64,000 nt of DNA from Acidimicrobiia bacterium (GCA_046598395.1 JBKJIQ010000027.1:51533-115532), one strand, 5' to 3'. Counted from the first letter of the stretch, positions 52,617 to 62,062 are shown. The notes: generated from the sequence alone by a model not told the origin. Numbers and translations are program-made.

Positions 52617-54345
52617 AACCAGGGCCGGGGCGGGGGCTGAGGAAGCGGGAGCTGTGCTGTACCCTGCGCCCGTGGCCGACTCAGTACGTATTGTGTTTCT
52701 TGGTGGTCTCGGTGAGATCGGGCGCAACTGCTTCTGCATCGAGGTCGATGGCAGGATCCTGATCGTCGACTGCGGGATCATGTTCCCCGAGGTCGATATG
52801 CCCGGCGTCGATCTCGTCTTGCCCGATTTCACCTACCTGCGGGAGCGCGCGGATGACATCGAGGGCGCGGTGCTGACCCACGCCCATGAAGACCACGCGG
52901 GTGGCTTCGCGTTTCTCTTGCGTGACACTACGTTCCCGATCTACGGATCGGAGTTGTCGCTCGTGATGGCGAAAGGTCGGATCGAAGAAGCTGGCCTCCT
53001 CGACCGCACCGAGTTCATCCCCGTGGCCGACGGCGAGCGTCGAAATATCGGACCGTTCGACGTCGAGTTCGTACCGGTCACCCACTCCGTGCCGCACGCG
53101 TTCGCGGCGGCGTATCACACCCCGCAAGGGACGATCCTGCACACCGGCGACTTCAAGATCGACCTCACGCCGGTGGATGGTCGGCGGATGGATCTCGCGC
53201 GCTTGGGGGAGATCGCCACCCGTCCGGGAGGTGTTCGCCTCCTCCTATCGGACAGTACGAATGCGGAGCGTCCCGGGTTCACGCCGTCGGAATCCACGGT
53301 GGGCGCCGCATTGCGGACCCTGTTTCGCGATCACGAAGGCAAGCGGATCATCGTCGCGAGTTTTGCGTCGCACCTCCATCGTGTACAGCAAGTGGCCCAG
53401 GCCGCGATCGCCAATGGTCGCAAGGTCGCGTTTGTCGGACGGTCCATGGGCAAGAACGTCACGCTGGCACGGGAGCTGGGGATGATCGATCTCCGCGCCG
53501 ATCGGGTGATCGACATTGGAGAAGCCGCGAAGTACCCAGCGGGCGAAGTGTGCATCATCTGTACCGGCTCCCAAGGTGAACCGATGAGTGCGCTGGCGCT
53601 CATGGCCTCGCGCGAGCACAAGTACGTGAAGGTCGGCGAGGGCGATGTCGTCGTGATTTCCGCGCACGCGATTCCCGGCAACGAGAGCAATGTGAGTCGC
53701 GTGATCGATGCGTTCTATCGGTCCGGCGCAGAAGTGATTCATGATGGCAACGCCGCGGTGCACGTTTCGGGCCACGCATCCCAAGAAGAGCTGAAGTTCG
53801 TTCTGAACTTGGTGAAACCGGAATGGTTCGTCCCGGTCCACGGCGAGTATCGCCACATGGTCCATCATGCGGATCTCGCCGAGGATTCCGGAGTCGCGCC
53901 GGAGAAGGTGTTCGTGTGTGAAGACGGCGACGCGATCACGATCACCGATTCGGGCATGGAAGTCGAACGGCAGGCGGTTCCATCGGGGTACACCTACGTC
54001 GACGGAATCGTCGGCGATATCGGCCAAGGTGTGCTGCGGGATCGTCGCCAACTTGCCGAAGAGGGCGTGGTCGTCGTGTTCGTCACGGTCGACAAGCGCT
54101 CCGGTGAGATCGTGAGCGGCCCGGAGATCGTCACCAAGGGCTGGGTCTACGCGCCCGAAGCCGAGGCATTGCTCGAGGACGCGAAAGAAGCGGTGCGCCA
54201 AGCGGTGGAGGATGCGGTTGGAGGTGGAGGTGGAGGGACCGACTTCGAAACCGTGCGCCGCAACGCTCGTCGGACCCTTGGGAAGTTCATCCACTCACGC
54301 ACCAAGCGTCGACCCGCGGTCATTCCGGTCGTGCTCGAAGTCTGA
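52600..54345 (+). CDS. rnj: Ribonuclease J
   Basis: RIVFLGGLGEIGRNCFCIE..., metallo-beta-lactamase THAHEDHAGG, beta-CASP and C-terminal domains. ATG 52600 overlaps the previous gene by 17 nt. GTG 52654, preceded by GAGGAAG, is an equally plausible start. Confidence 0.95.
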   Translation: MCDPTETRAGAGAEEAGAVLYPAPVADSVRIVFLGGLGEIGRNCFCIEVDGRILIVDCGIMFPEVDMPGVDLVLPDFTYLRERADDIEGAVLTHAHEDHAGGFAFLLRDTTFPIYGSELSLVMAKGRIEEAGLLDRTEFIPVADGERRNIGPFDVEFVPVTHSVPHAFAAAYHTPQGTILHTGDFKIDLTPVDGRRMDLARLGEIATRPGGVRLLLSDSTNAERPGFTPSESTVGAALRTLFRDHEGKRIIVASFASHLHRVQQVAQAAIANGRKVAFVGRSMGKNVTLARELGMIDLRADRVIDIGEAAKYPAGEVCIICTGSQGEPMSALALMASREHKYVKVGEGDVVVISAHAIPGNESNVSRVIDAFYRSGAEVIHDGNAAVHVSGHASQEELKFVLNLVKPEWFVPVHGEYRHMVHHADLAEDSGVAPEKVFVCEDGDAITITDSGMEVERQAVPSGYTYVDGIVGDIGQGVLRDRRQLAEEGVVVVFVTVDKRSGEIVSGPEIVTKGWVYAPEAEALLEDAKEAVRQAVEDAVGGGGGGTDFETVRRNARRTLGKFIHSRTKRRPAVIPVVLEV

Positions 54346-54406
54346 CCCGCGGGATGCGGCGGGCGGCGGCGATGAGCATTCGGTTTGATGGGGAGGTGAG
54401 GCACAC

Positions 54407-55180
54407 GTGATTCGGGACTGGTCCAACTTCATCGCGGAACGGACTGCGGTCGTCACCGGCGGTGGCGGAGGTGTGGGGCGCGCGATCGCAATCCAGATGG
54501 CTCGTGCCGGTGCCCACATCTGGGTGAACGACCTCTTCGCGGAACGCGCCGAAGAAGTGTGTCGCGAAATCGAAGCGGAACACGGCCAGGCCACGCCGGT
54601 GGTCGCCGACGTCTGTGATCCCGCGCAGGTGGCGCGCATGGTAGAGACCACGGGATCGGTTGACATCGTCGTGAACAACGCAGGGATTCCCGCGGAAGGC
54701 ATCACGGTCAGACCGTTCGTCGAGACCGGGCCTGATGAATGGGACCCACTGCTCCGCCTGAACCTGGCCGCGGTCTTGCACGTCACTCGCGCGTATCTGC
54801 CGTTCATGATCGAGGCGCAGTGGGGTCGGGTATTGACCATCGTGTCGGATGCGGGTCGCAAGGGTGAGCGCAAACAGGTGGTCTACGGTGCGGCGAAGGC
54901 GGCCGCGATGGGCTTCTCTCGCGGACTCGCGGCGGAGGTGGGCCGCGATGGAGTGACGGTGAACTGCATTGCGCTCGGAACCATGAATCATGGGCAACTC
55001 GCGGCGGCGTTGGTTGACCAACCGGAACTTGAAGCGAAGTTGGCCCGCAACTATCCAGTGGGCCGGATCGGTCAGGTCGACGACTGCGCGCCGCTTGCGG
55101 TCTTGCTCTGCAGTGACGCCGCGGAGTGGATCACTGGCCAGGTGTATCCGGTTGACGGTGGTTATGCGATGGCCCTCTGA
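54407..55180 (+). CDS. Short-chain dehydrogenase/reductase (FabG-like)
   Basis: VVTGGGGGVGRAIA cofactor motif, NNAG and catalytic YGAAKAA. Confidence 0.88.
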   Translation: MIRDWSNFIAERTAVVTGGGGGVGRAIAIQMARAGAHIWVNDLFAERAEEVCREIEAEHGQATPVVADVCDPAQVARMVETTGSVDIVVNNAGIPAEGITVRPFVETGPDEWDPLLRLNLAAVLHVTRAYLPFMIEAQWGRVLTIVSDAGRKGERKQVVYGAAKAAAMGFSRGLAAEVGRDGVTVNCIALGTMNHGQLAAALVDQPELEAKLARNYPVGRIGQVDDCAPLAVLLCSDAAEWITGQVYPVDGGYAMAL

Positions 55181-55252
55181 TGGGCCGAGGGTCTGATGGG
55201 CCGTATGTTGATGGGCCATATGTTGATGGTGCGGGCTTGATGAGCCGCAGCC
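55178..55252. repeat. Tandem array of five 14-16-bp units (TGATGGGCCNTATGT-like) filling the SDR-GNAT intergenic gap
   Basis: Units: TGATGGGCCGAGGGTC / TGATGGGCCGTATGT / TGATGGGCCATATGT / TGATGGTGCGGGCT / TGATGAGCCGCAGCC. The first TGA is the SDR stop codon. Confidence 0.95.
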
Positions 55253-55257
55253 GATGA
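55180..55257 (+). other. 25-codon bridge mini-ORF formed by the tandem array (MGRGSDGPYVDGPYVDGAGLMSRSR)
   Basis: Its ATG 55180 shares a base with the SDR TGA (TGATG). Its TGA 55255-55257 overlaps the GNAT ATG 55254 (ATGA). Translation is unproven. Confidence 0.35.
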
Positions 55258-56243
55258 CCGAGCTGCCCACGGGCTATGGCCTCCGACCCCCGGCCGGGCG
55301 CGACGCCGGACCGGTTGCCGACGTGGTGCAGGCTCACGACATCGCCGACTTTGGCGAACCGGATTTCACCGAACACGACCTGCTCGACGATTGGAACCGC
55401 CCTCGCTTTGCACTCGAGTCTGACGCTTGGGTGCTCACCGGGCCGACCGGGAAGATCATCGGGTACGCCTATGTATGGGAAGCCCAAATCGACCGCGAGA
55501 TCGAGGCCGACGCGTTCGTGCTCCCGGAGTACTCAGGGCGCGGGCTCGGGAGTCAGCTTCTGGACCTCATCGAGCAGCGTGGGGCTGAGATCGCAGGTGG
55601 GCGGTCAATGACCTTGGGCGTCCTCGCGTCGACGGTGAACGAGGAAAAGCGCAATCTGCTCGACCGGCGCGGGTTCCGGCCGAGTCGCTCCGTGCTCCGG
55701 ATGCGCATCAACCTCGATGCCGAAACCGTGGACGCGGTCGACCCGCCGGTGGGAGTCGTGATCCGCCCGTTCGTGTCCGAGGACGAGGACGCTGTGCGAG
55801 CGGTGTGGATCGACGCGTTCGCGTCACACGGTCGGTTCTCACCCCGACGGATGGACGAGTGGTTCCAGTCGCGCCTCGCACACCCGGCCTTTGATCCATC
55901 ACTCTGGCAGGTGGCGGTGATCCCGGCGATCGCGCGATCGGCGGATGGGGGGGTCGAGGTTCGCACCGGATCTCGCGATCGTGAGGTCGTGGGTGCGGTG
56001 CTCGTCTTCGACGTGGGAGAAACCGGATACACCTCCACGGTCGCGATCCGCGCTGACGCGCGCGGGCAGAGGATTGGTCCCGCGCTTTTGCACGCGGCGT
56101 TCGGCGCTTTGCGCGATCGCGGCCAGATGCGCGTCCTGGTGTCACTGGACGCGGATGTGGAGGCATCGCTGCTCGCGTTGTACGAGGCCGCGGGGATGCG
56201 GGTCCATGAACGCCACGATCTTTTTGCCAAGCCCCTGATCTGA
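55254..56243 (+). CDS. GNAT-family N-acetyltransferase (two acetyltransferase-like halves)
   Basis: VLPEYSGRGLGSQLLDLIE and IRADARGQRIGPALLHAAF acetyl-CoA-binding-type motifs. Confidence 0.8.
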   Translation: MTELPTGYGLRPPAGRDAGPVADVVQAHDIADFGEPDFTEHDLLDDWNRPRFALESDAWVLTGPTGKIIGYAYVWEAQIDREIEADAFVLPEYSGRGLGSQLLDLIEQRGAEIAGGRSMTLGVLASTVNEEKRNLLDRRGFRPSRSVLRMRINLDAETVDAVDPPVGVVIRPFVSEDEDAVRAVWIDAFASHGRFSPRRMDEWFQSRLAHPAFDPSLWQVAVIPAIARSADGGVEVRTGSRDREVVGAVLVFDVGETGYTSTVAIRADARGQRIGPALLHAAFGALRDRGQMRVLVSLDADVEASLLALYEAAGMRVHERHDLFAKPLI

Positions 56244-56261
56244 CCCGCCGCCACCCCCTGT

Positions 56262-56313
56262 CGACTTTGGCGCACTTTGTCGCCCTCTGGGCATGGGTTC
56301 TGCGCCAAAGTCG
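56262..56313. other. 13-bp perfect inverted repeat with 26-nt spacer upstream of ftsK
   Basis: CGACTTTGGCGCA (56262-56274) and TGCGCCAAAGTCG (56301-56313). No U-tract follows. Confidence 0.6.
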
Positions 56314-56369
56314 GGGAGAGTTGGGAGAGAAGATGCCAATGTGGCTGATGTGGTCAGTGTTACCGTGAT

Positions 56370-58919
56370 TTGGTGGCAACCACCAAGGCGAAACCGGCGG
56401 CGAAGGCTTCGAAGCGGAAGGCGTCCGCCAAGCGGCCGCCTGCCAAGCGGGCCGCGAGCACGAAGGCGCCGGCGAAGCGGGGCCCGGCTCGCCGGCCCGG
56501 CTCGAGGTCAGCTTCGGGACCCTCGCGGGTCCGGGAGGCCGCTCGTACGCAACTCGGCGGCCACGGCACCGATGCGTTGGCGCTGGGAGTCTTGGTCCTC
56601 GGACTGCTCGCAGGGCTCGCACTCGCGACTGATCTGACCGGCCCCATCGGCGCAGCGTTGGGCGACGGCCTCACCGCATTATTTGGCAACGGAGCATTCC
56701 TCGTCCCGGTGTCCCTCATCGCCGTTGCGGTCCTGCTGCTCTGGCGCCGCACCGACGACGAGACTCCCGCCGCGCCGTTGCGGGTCGGTCTCGGCGCAGT
56801 GTTGGTCTTGCTTGCGGCCGCCGGTCTCATGCACGTGCTCGGTGGCGCGCCGACAATCTCGGGCGCGGTGGACCCACTGCGCAACGCTGGCGGCTACTTC
56901 GGTGCTGTGGTGGGCGCGCCGCTTGCGAGTGGTCTCGGAACAGTGGGGGCCGCAGTCGTTCTTGTAGGGCTGTTGGGCTTCGGCCTGCTGTTGGCGCCGG
57001 GCGTCTCGATCCGACGCGTCCTCGGGCTCGTCGCAACGTCTGCGGCGTACGCACGGGGCGTCGTGGTCGACATGTTGGAGCTGCGGAGCACCCGCGGATC
57101 AGGCGATGGTGACGCGGAGGACCTCGAAGCTGACAACGGTGAGGATGCGGAAGCTGCATCAGATCGGCGCCCGTTGCCGTCTCGCCGTACGACGGTTGAG
57201 TCCATCGCGAATACGTCGGTGCTCGATCTCGAATCTGAGGCGGCCGCCGATCCGCCGGTTGACGAGTACGGCTACGAAGAAGAACCGATGACCGCGGAGG
57301 TCGCGGAACTCGACGACGACGAAGCGGATGAGGAAGTCGATGAGGTCGCGGACCTCGAGGTGATCGCGCCCGTTGAGGTTGCAGTGCGGGAAGACGCGAA
57401 GGGTCAGATGGCGATTGACCTCACCGCCTACGGACACAGTGAGTGGACGTTGCCGCCGCGCGATCTGCTGAAGCGCAGCACGGCGAAGGCGCTTGACCAA
57501 AAGGCGGTCGAGCAGGGCGGCGAAGTGCTCCAGGCCACGCTGCGGGACTTCGGTGTCGACGCGAATCTGATTGGCATGACCGTGGGGCCGACCGTGACTC
57601 GTTACGAACTCGAGCTCGCGCCCGGGGTCAAGGTCAACCGCGTCACGGGCCTCAGCCACGACATTGCCTACGCGATGGCGAGCCCCGACGTTCGCATCCT
57701 CGCCCCTATCCCGGGGCGCAGCGCGATCGGTGTTGAAGTCCCGAACAAGCAACGACAGCTCGTCACCCTGGGCGACATCCTGATGTCGCCGGAGGCCGCC
57801 GAAGCCACGCACCCCCTCGAGTGTGGTCTCGGTCGTGACATTGCCGGGAAGTCACACATGCTCAACCTCTCCGCGATGCCCCATTTGCTGATCGCGGGTC
57901 AGACTGGTGCGGGGAAGTCCAGCTGTATCAACAGCCTGATCACTTCGATACTCATGCGCTGCACTCCGGAGCAGGTACGGATGATCCTCGTCGACCCCAA
58001 GCGCGTGGAGCTCGGTCAGTACAACGGCCTGCCGCACCTTCTGACCGAGGTGGTCACGAGTCCGAAGAAGGCCGCGAACGCACTCGAGTGGGCGGTGCGG
58101 GAAATGGACATGCGTTACGACCTGCTCGCCGAGGCGGGCGTACGTGATGTCACCGGTTACAACGCGATGTTTGACCGCGGCGAACTCCCCACGACGGAGA
58201 ATCCCGATCCGCACGGTGGGAGAACCTATGAGCGATTGCCGTACATCCTCATCGTCGTCGACGAGCTGAACGACCTCATGATGGTGGCGGCGCGTGACGT
58301 TGAGTCGAGCATCTGCCGTATCGCGCAGATGGCCCGAGCAGTGGGTATCCACTTGGTGATCGCGACGCAGCGGCCATCGGTCGACGTGATCACGGGCGTG
58401 ATCAAGGCCAATGTGCCGAGCCGACTCGCGTTCTCGGTGAGCACGCTCGCCGACTCGCGCGTCATTTTGGACCAACCCGGCGCGGAGAAGCTGATCGGCC
58501 ACGGCGACATGCTGCTGATGTCCGCTTCGTCGTCGCGTGCTCAGCGCATCCAGGGCTCGTGGGTCGACGAAGAATGTGTGCGCAAGGCCGTGGCGCATTG
58601 GCGCCGCCAGGTCCAGACTCCTCAGTACATCGAGGGTCTCCAGGCCGACACGTCCTCGTCGTCGGGTGGCGGCGGCCGTTCTGGGAACGGATCCGATGAC
58701 GATGACGAACTCCTCGCCGAAGCGATGGAGTTGGTCGTGCGGAGTGGGCTCGGGTCCACCTCGATGCTCCAGCGCAAGCTCCGCGTGGGCTTCGCCCGGG
58801 CCGGTCGGTTGATGGACTTGCTCGAGCAAAAGGGGATTGTTGGCCCGAGCGAGGGCTCGAAAGCTCGCTCGGTCATGATGACCGTCGAGGAATTCGAGGC
58901 GATGCACATCGACGCGTAG
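56370..58919 (+). CDS. ftsK: DNA translocase FtsK/SpoIIIE with K/A-rich N-terminus and acidic linker
   Basis: N-terminal TM segments, motor domain LLIAGQTGAGKSSCINSLI...IVVDELNDLMM and a gamma winged-helix (STSMLQRKLRVGFARAGRLMDLLE). Starts at TTG 56370 or GTG 56373. Confidence 0.96.
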   Translation: MVATTKAKPAAKASKRKASAKRPPAKRAASTKAPAKRGPARRPGSRSASGPSRVREAARTQLGGHGTDALALGVLVLGLLAGLALATDLTGPIGAALGDGLTALFGNGAFLVPVSLIAVAVLLLWRRTDDETPAAPLRVGLGAVLVLLAAAGLMHVLGGAPTISGAVDPLRNAGGYFGAVVGAPLASGLGTVGAAVVLVGLLGFGLLLAPGVSIRRVLGLVATSAAYARGVVVDMLELRSTRGSGDGDAEDLEADNGEDAEAASDRRPLPSRRTTVESIANTSVLDLESEAAADPPVDEYGYEEEPMTAEVAELDDDEADEEVDEVADLEVIAPVEVAVREDAKGQMAIDLTAYGHSEWTLPPRDLLKRSTAKALDQKAVEQGGEVLQATLRDFGVDANLIGMTVGPTVTRYELELAPGVKVNRVTGLSHDIAYAMASPDVRILAPIPGRSAIGVEVPNKQRQLVTLGDILMSPEAAEATHPLECGLGRDIAGKSHMLNLSAMPHLLIAGQTGAGKSSCINSLITSILMRCTPEQVRMILVDPKRVELGQYNGLPHLLTEVVTSPKKAANALEWAVREMDMRYDLLAEAGVRDVTGYNAMFDRGELPTTENPDPHGGRTYERLPYILIVVDELNDLMMVAARDVESSICRIAQMARAVGIHLVIATQRPSVDVITGVIKANVPSRLAFSVSTLADSRVILDQPGAEKLIGHGDMLLMSASSSRAQRIQGSWVDEECVRKAVAHWRRQVQTPQYIEGLQADTSSSSGGGGRSGNGSDDDDELLAEAMELVVRSGLGSTSMLQRKLRVGFARAGRLMDLLEQKGIVGPSEGSKARSVMMTVEEFEAMHIDA

Positions 58920-58947
58920 TTCAGCGCCGCGTCGACCGCAATCGGCC

Positions 58948-58966
58948 GACGTCAGCCTCTGACGTC
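58948..58966. terminator. Short hairpin between convergent ftsK and serine-hydrolase genes
   Basis: GACGTCAG-CCT-CTGACGTC (8-bp stem). There is no clear U-tract, and it overlaps the hydrolase stop codon. Confidence 0.35.
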
Positions 58967-60128
58967 AGACGCTTGCATAGGCCGCGCGCAACAGGTTGCG
59001 AGGTCGTCGGTCCTCGTTCGCACCCACGACCATCCGGTTCATGACGTAGCCGAATCCGATCCCGTGTTCCGGGTCGGCCAGGCCCAACGAGCCGCCCGCG
59101 CCGGAGTGGCCGAACGCACCGGCTCCGGCCGCGCTCGAGAGAGTTGGTGGCAACGAGAAGCCCAGTCCGTAGTGCATCGGAAAGCCGAGCACGAGGTCGG
59201 GGCCGTCGCTGTGGGTGATCCGGGCTCGCTCCATCGTGTCCGGTGTGAGGAGGCGCACGGCGTCTACGGGACCCACGGTCGCGGCGTACATGCGCGCCAC
59301 CGCGTGGGCCGACGCGATGCCATTCGACGAGGGCAGCTCGCACTCGTGGAGTTGCCGCGTGTTCCACATGTCGTCGTAGTGAAACTGATTGCCGGGGCCG
59401 GTGAGCGCGTCGCCCAAGAGCGTGCCCGGCGCCATGATCGCGTCCATGAAATCGCGGACCTCGGGGTCCTCCGGGATCTTGGGCGCAATGATGCGCGCGA
59501 CCCGCGATTCTTCGACTTCGGGTAACCCGATCCACCAATCGAGGCCCAGCGGAGCGGCGACCTCGGTGGCGAAGAAGGTGCCGAGGGTGACTCCCGTGAC
59601 GCGGCGAACCAGTTCACCGGTCAACCAACCGAAGGTGCGCAGGTGATAACCAACCGCGGTGCCGGGATCCCAGCGGGTGGCCTGGCGGGCCAACTGCTCG
59701 ATCACCGGATCCCACGCGAGCGCCTCGGTGAGGGTGAATGCACCTTCGACCACCGGGAGCCCGGCGGCGTGCGACAACACGTGTCGCACCAAGACGTTTT
59801 CCTTGCCGTTCGCTGCGAACTCGGGCCAGTAGGCCGCGACCGGCGCGTCGGGATCGAGTTGGCCGGACTCGATGAGACGATTGGCACATACCGCGGTGGC
59901 CCCTTTGGTGGTGGAGAAGACCAGGGCAATCGTCTGGTGGTCCCACTCGCGAGCGGTGGGCGGATCCGCGACCCCGCCAATGATGTCCACGACCGGCACA
60001 CCATCGGCGTAGACGCAGCAGGCTGCGCCGATCTCTCCATGCTCGAAGTTCCTTGCGAACGCGTCCGCCACCGCGCCCCAGCCCGGCTCCACGAGTCCAC
60101 GAACGGTGACGCTGCGCGGTTCGGTCAT
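58965..60128 (-). CDS. Serine hydrolase, beta-lactamase/esterase (class C-like) family
   Basis: SxxK motif VFSTTKGATAV and an overall EstB/AmpC-like layout. Start trimmed to ATG 60128 (MTEPRSVTVRG...). Confidence 0.85.
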   Translation of the reverse strand: MTEPRSVTVRGLVEPGWGAVADAFARNFEHGEIGAACCVYADGVPVVDIIGGVADPPTAREWDHQTIALVFSTTKGATAVCANRLIESGQLDPDAPVAAYWPEFAANGKENVLVRHVLSHAAGLPVVEGAFTLTEALAWDPVIEQLARQATRWDPGTAVGYHLRTFGWLTGELVRRVTGVTLGTFFATEVAAPLGLDWWIGLPEVEESRVARIIAPKIPEDPEVRDFMDAIMAPGTLLGDALTGPGNQFHYDDMWNTRQLHECELPSSNGIASAHAVARMYAATVGPVDAVRLLTPDTMERARITHSDGPDLVLGFPMHYGLGFSLPPTLSSAAGAGAFGHSGAGGSLGLADPEHGIGFGYVMNRMVVGANEDRRPRNLLRAAYASV

Positions 60129-60134
60129 AGGGCG

Positions 60135-60161
60135 GAGTGTAGGAACACTCGCCGGTAGGAT
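60135..60161 (+). promoter_or_regulatory. Palindrome plus -10-like element in the 39-bp divergent gap; rimO probably leaderless
   Basis: GAGTGT-AGGA-ACACTC (60135-60150). TAGGAT (60156-60161) ends 6 nt before the rimO GTG (60168). Confidence 0.35.
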
Positions 60162-60167
60162 CCCAGC

Positions 60168-61499
60168 GTGGTCGAACGCTTCTACGTCGAGACGCTCGGC
60201 TGCCCAAAGAATGCCGTCGACTCGGACAAGGTCGTTGCCAGTTTGATGGCCGACGGACTCGAGCCCGCGACGCGCGCCGAGGATGCCGATCTCGTCGTCG
60301 TGAATACGTGCGCGTTCATCGACGCGGCCCGTCAAGAGTCGGTCGAAGTGGCACTGCATCTCGCGGAGGTGAAGAAGGCGGGAGCGCGGCTGGTGGTGAC
60401 CGGTTGCATGGCGGAGCGTTACGGCGACGAACTCGCGAGCGCGCTCCCCGAGGCGGACGCCGTGGTGGGGTTCGCGGGGGAGGGTTCCATCGCGGAGGTC
60501 GTGTTGCGCGGTCGCAAGCCCACGGGCGTTCGTGACTTGTTGGAGCTGCCGCGTCCGGCGCCGACAGCGCCGTGGTCCTACGTCAAGGTGGCCGAGGGCT
60601 GCGACCGTGCGTGCGCGTTCTGTGCGATCCCGTCATTCCGGGGCGCCCAACGCTCGCGCCCGCCGGACGCAATCGTCGCGGAGGTCGCATCGCTCGTCAC
60701 GCGCGGCGCGGCCGAGATCGTGCTCGTCGCCCAGGATCTCGCGTGGTACGGCCGAGACGTTGGGCAACCGGGCGCTCTGGCACCATTGTTGCGTCGGCTC
60801 GACGAGTTGACCGCCGATGGGCTGCAACGCGTTCGTCTCCTGTACCTGTACCCGAGTGAGGTCAAGGATCCGCTCGTCGCCACGATGCTCGAACTCCCAA
60901 CGGTGGTCCCGTATTTCGACCTCTCGTTGCAGCACGCTTCGGCGGGACTCTTGCGCCGGATGAAACGGTGGGGAAACGGCGAACGATTCCTCGAAGCGAT
61001 CGAGGGGATCCGCGAGCAGGAACCCTCAGCAGCGTTCCGATCGTCGTTTATCGTCGGGTTTCCGGGCGAGACCGAAGACGATCACGATGAGCTGTTGAGC
61101 TTCCTGCGCGCGGCGGCGCTGGATTGGGCCGGGTTCTTCCCGTTCTCTGCGGAAGACGGCACGGCGGCGATGACGCTCGACCGCGTTGTGGATCCGGTGC
61201 TCGCGGCGGAGCGTTTGCGCGAGTGTGGCGATGTCCAGGAACCGATCACCCAAGCCGCTCGCGATGAGCTCGTGGGCGTGTCGATCGAGGTGTTGATCGA
61301 TGCCGTCGACGCCGATGGAACCCTGGTGGGCCGGACCCATCGCGAGGCACCCGAAATCGATGGTGTCGTGCGGATCGCCGGTGCCGTGGCTCGTCCCGGC
61401 GCGATCGTGCGGGCGGAGGTCGTTGACGCGATCGGCCCGGATCTGGTGGCGTCACCCGTGCGAGCCGAGCCGCGGTTGGCTGCGGTGAGCCGACGGTGA
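60168..61499 (+). CDS. rimO: Ribosomal protein S12 methylthiotransferase (radical SAM MTTase)
   Basis: FYVETLGCPKNAVDSDKV N-terminal UPF0004 domain, radical-SAM CDRACAFC and a C-terminal TRAM-like domain. Confidence 0.9.
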   Translation: MVERFYVETLGCPKNAVDSDKVVASLMADGLEPATRAEDADLVVVNTCAFIDAARQESVEVALHLAEVKKAGARLVVTGCMAERYGDELASALPEADAVVGFAGEGSIAEVVLRGRKPTGVRDLLELPRPAPTAPWSYVKVAEGCDRACAFCAIPSFRGAQRSRPPDAIVAEVASLVTRGAAEIVLVAQDLAWYGRDVGQPGALAPLLRRLDELTADGLQRVRLLYLYPSEVKDPLVATMLELPTVVPYFDLSLQHASAGLLRRMKRWGNGERFLEAIEGIREQEPSAAFRSSFIVGFPGETEDDHDELLSFLRAAALDWAGFFPFSAEDGTAAMTLDRVVDPVLAAERLRECGDVQEPITQAARDELVGVSIEVLIDAVDADGTLVGRTHREAPEIDGVVRIAGAVARPGAIVRAEVVDAIGPDLVASPVRAEPRLAAVSRR

Positions 61500-62062
61500 C
61501 CTCGCCGATGCAGTCGATGAAGCGGTTCGGGACCGATGCGTTGGCGACGCCCGCGAACTTCATCACGCTGGCTCGATTGCTCTTCGCGATTCCCACCTTG
61601 ATTCTCATCGGCCGCGAGGGTGCCACCTGGCTCACGTGGAGCCTCTGGTTCGTCTTGTGTGCGACCGACAGCCTCGACGGCTGGATGGCCCGACGCGATG
61701 GCACCACCCGATCGGGCGCGTTTCTTGATCCGATTGCCGACAAAGTCCTCACGCTCGGTGGATTCTTCGTGCTCGTCGCTCGGGGCGATGTGTGGTGGGT
61801 CCCGGTCGCAATCATGGCGGCACGTGAGGTCTTGGTATCGGTATATCGCATCGTTGCCGGCCGCAAAGGGGTGTCGCTCCCCGCGGTGCCGCTCGGCAAG
61901 TTCAAGGCGTTTCTCCAGATGCTCACCGTCGGTGGGTACGTCTGGCCCCTCACGGCCGATATCGAGTGGCTGTGCGTGTCCTTGCTGTGGGTCGCGGTCG
62001 CGCTCACCGTCGTCTCGGGAATCGACATCATCCGCCGTGGTTACCAAGGAGCCCCAACATGA
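61496..62062 (+). CDS. pgsA: CDP-diacylglycerol--glycerol-3-phosphate 3-phosphatidyltransferase
   Basis: CDP-alcohol phosphotransferase motif DSLDGWMARRDGTTRSGAFLDPIADK. The GTG overlaps the rimO stop. Confidence 0.92.
   Translation: MTSPMQSMKRFGTDALATPANFITLARLLFAIPTLILIGREGATWLTWSLWFVLCATDSLDGWMARRDGTTRSGAFLDPIADKVLTLGGFFVLVARGDVWWVPVAIMAAREVLVSVYRIVAGRKGVSLPAVPLGKFKAFLQMLTVGGYVWPLTADIEWLCVSLLWVAVALTVVSGIDIIRRGYQGAPT

Noticed and set aside
50589-52832. 747-aa minus-strand ORF opposite the molybdopterin oxidoreductase. The same kind of ORF appears at 47554-49689, 43823-45406, 11186-12625 and 5421-6542.
   Set aside because: All are antisense to genes with clear family motifs. Their sequences are arginine/proline/glycine-biased and lack motifs, so I consider them high-GC artefacts.
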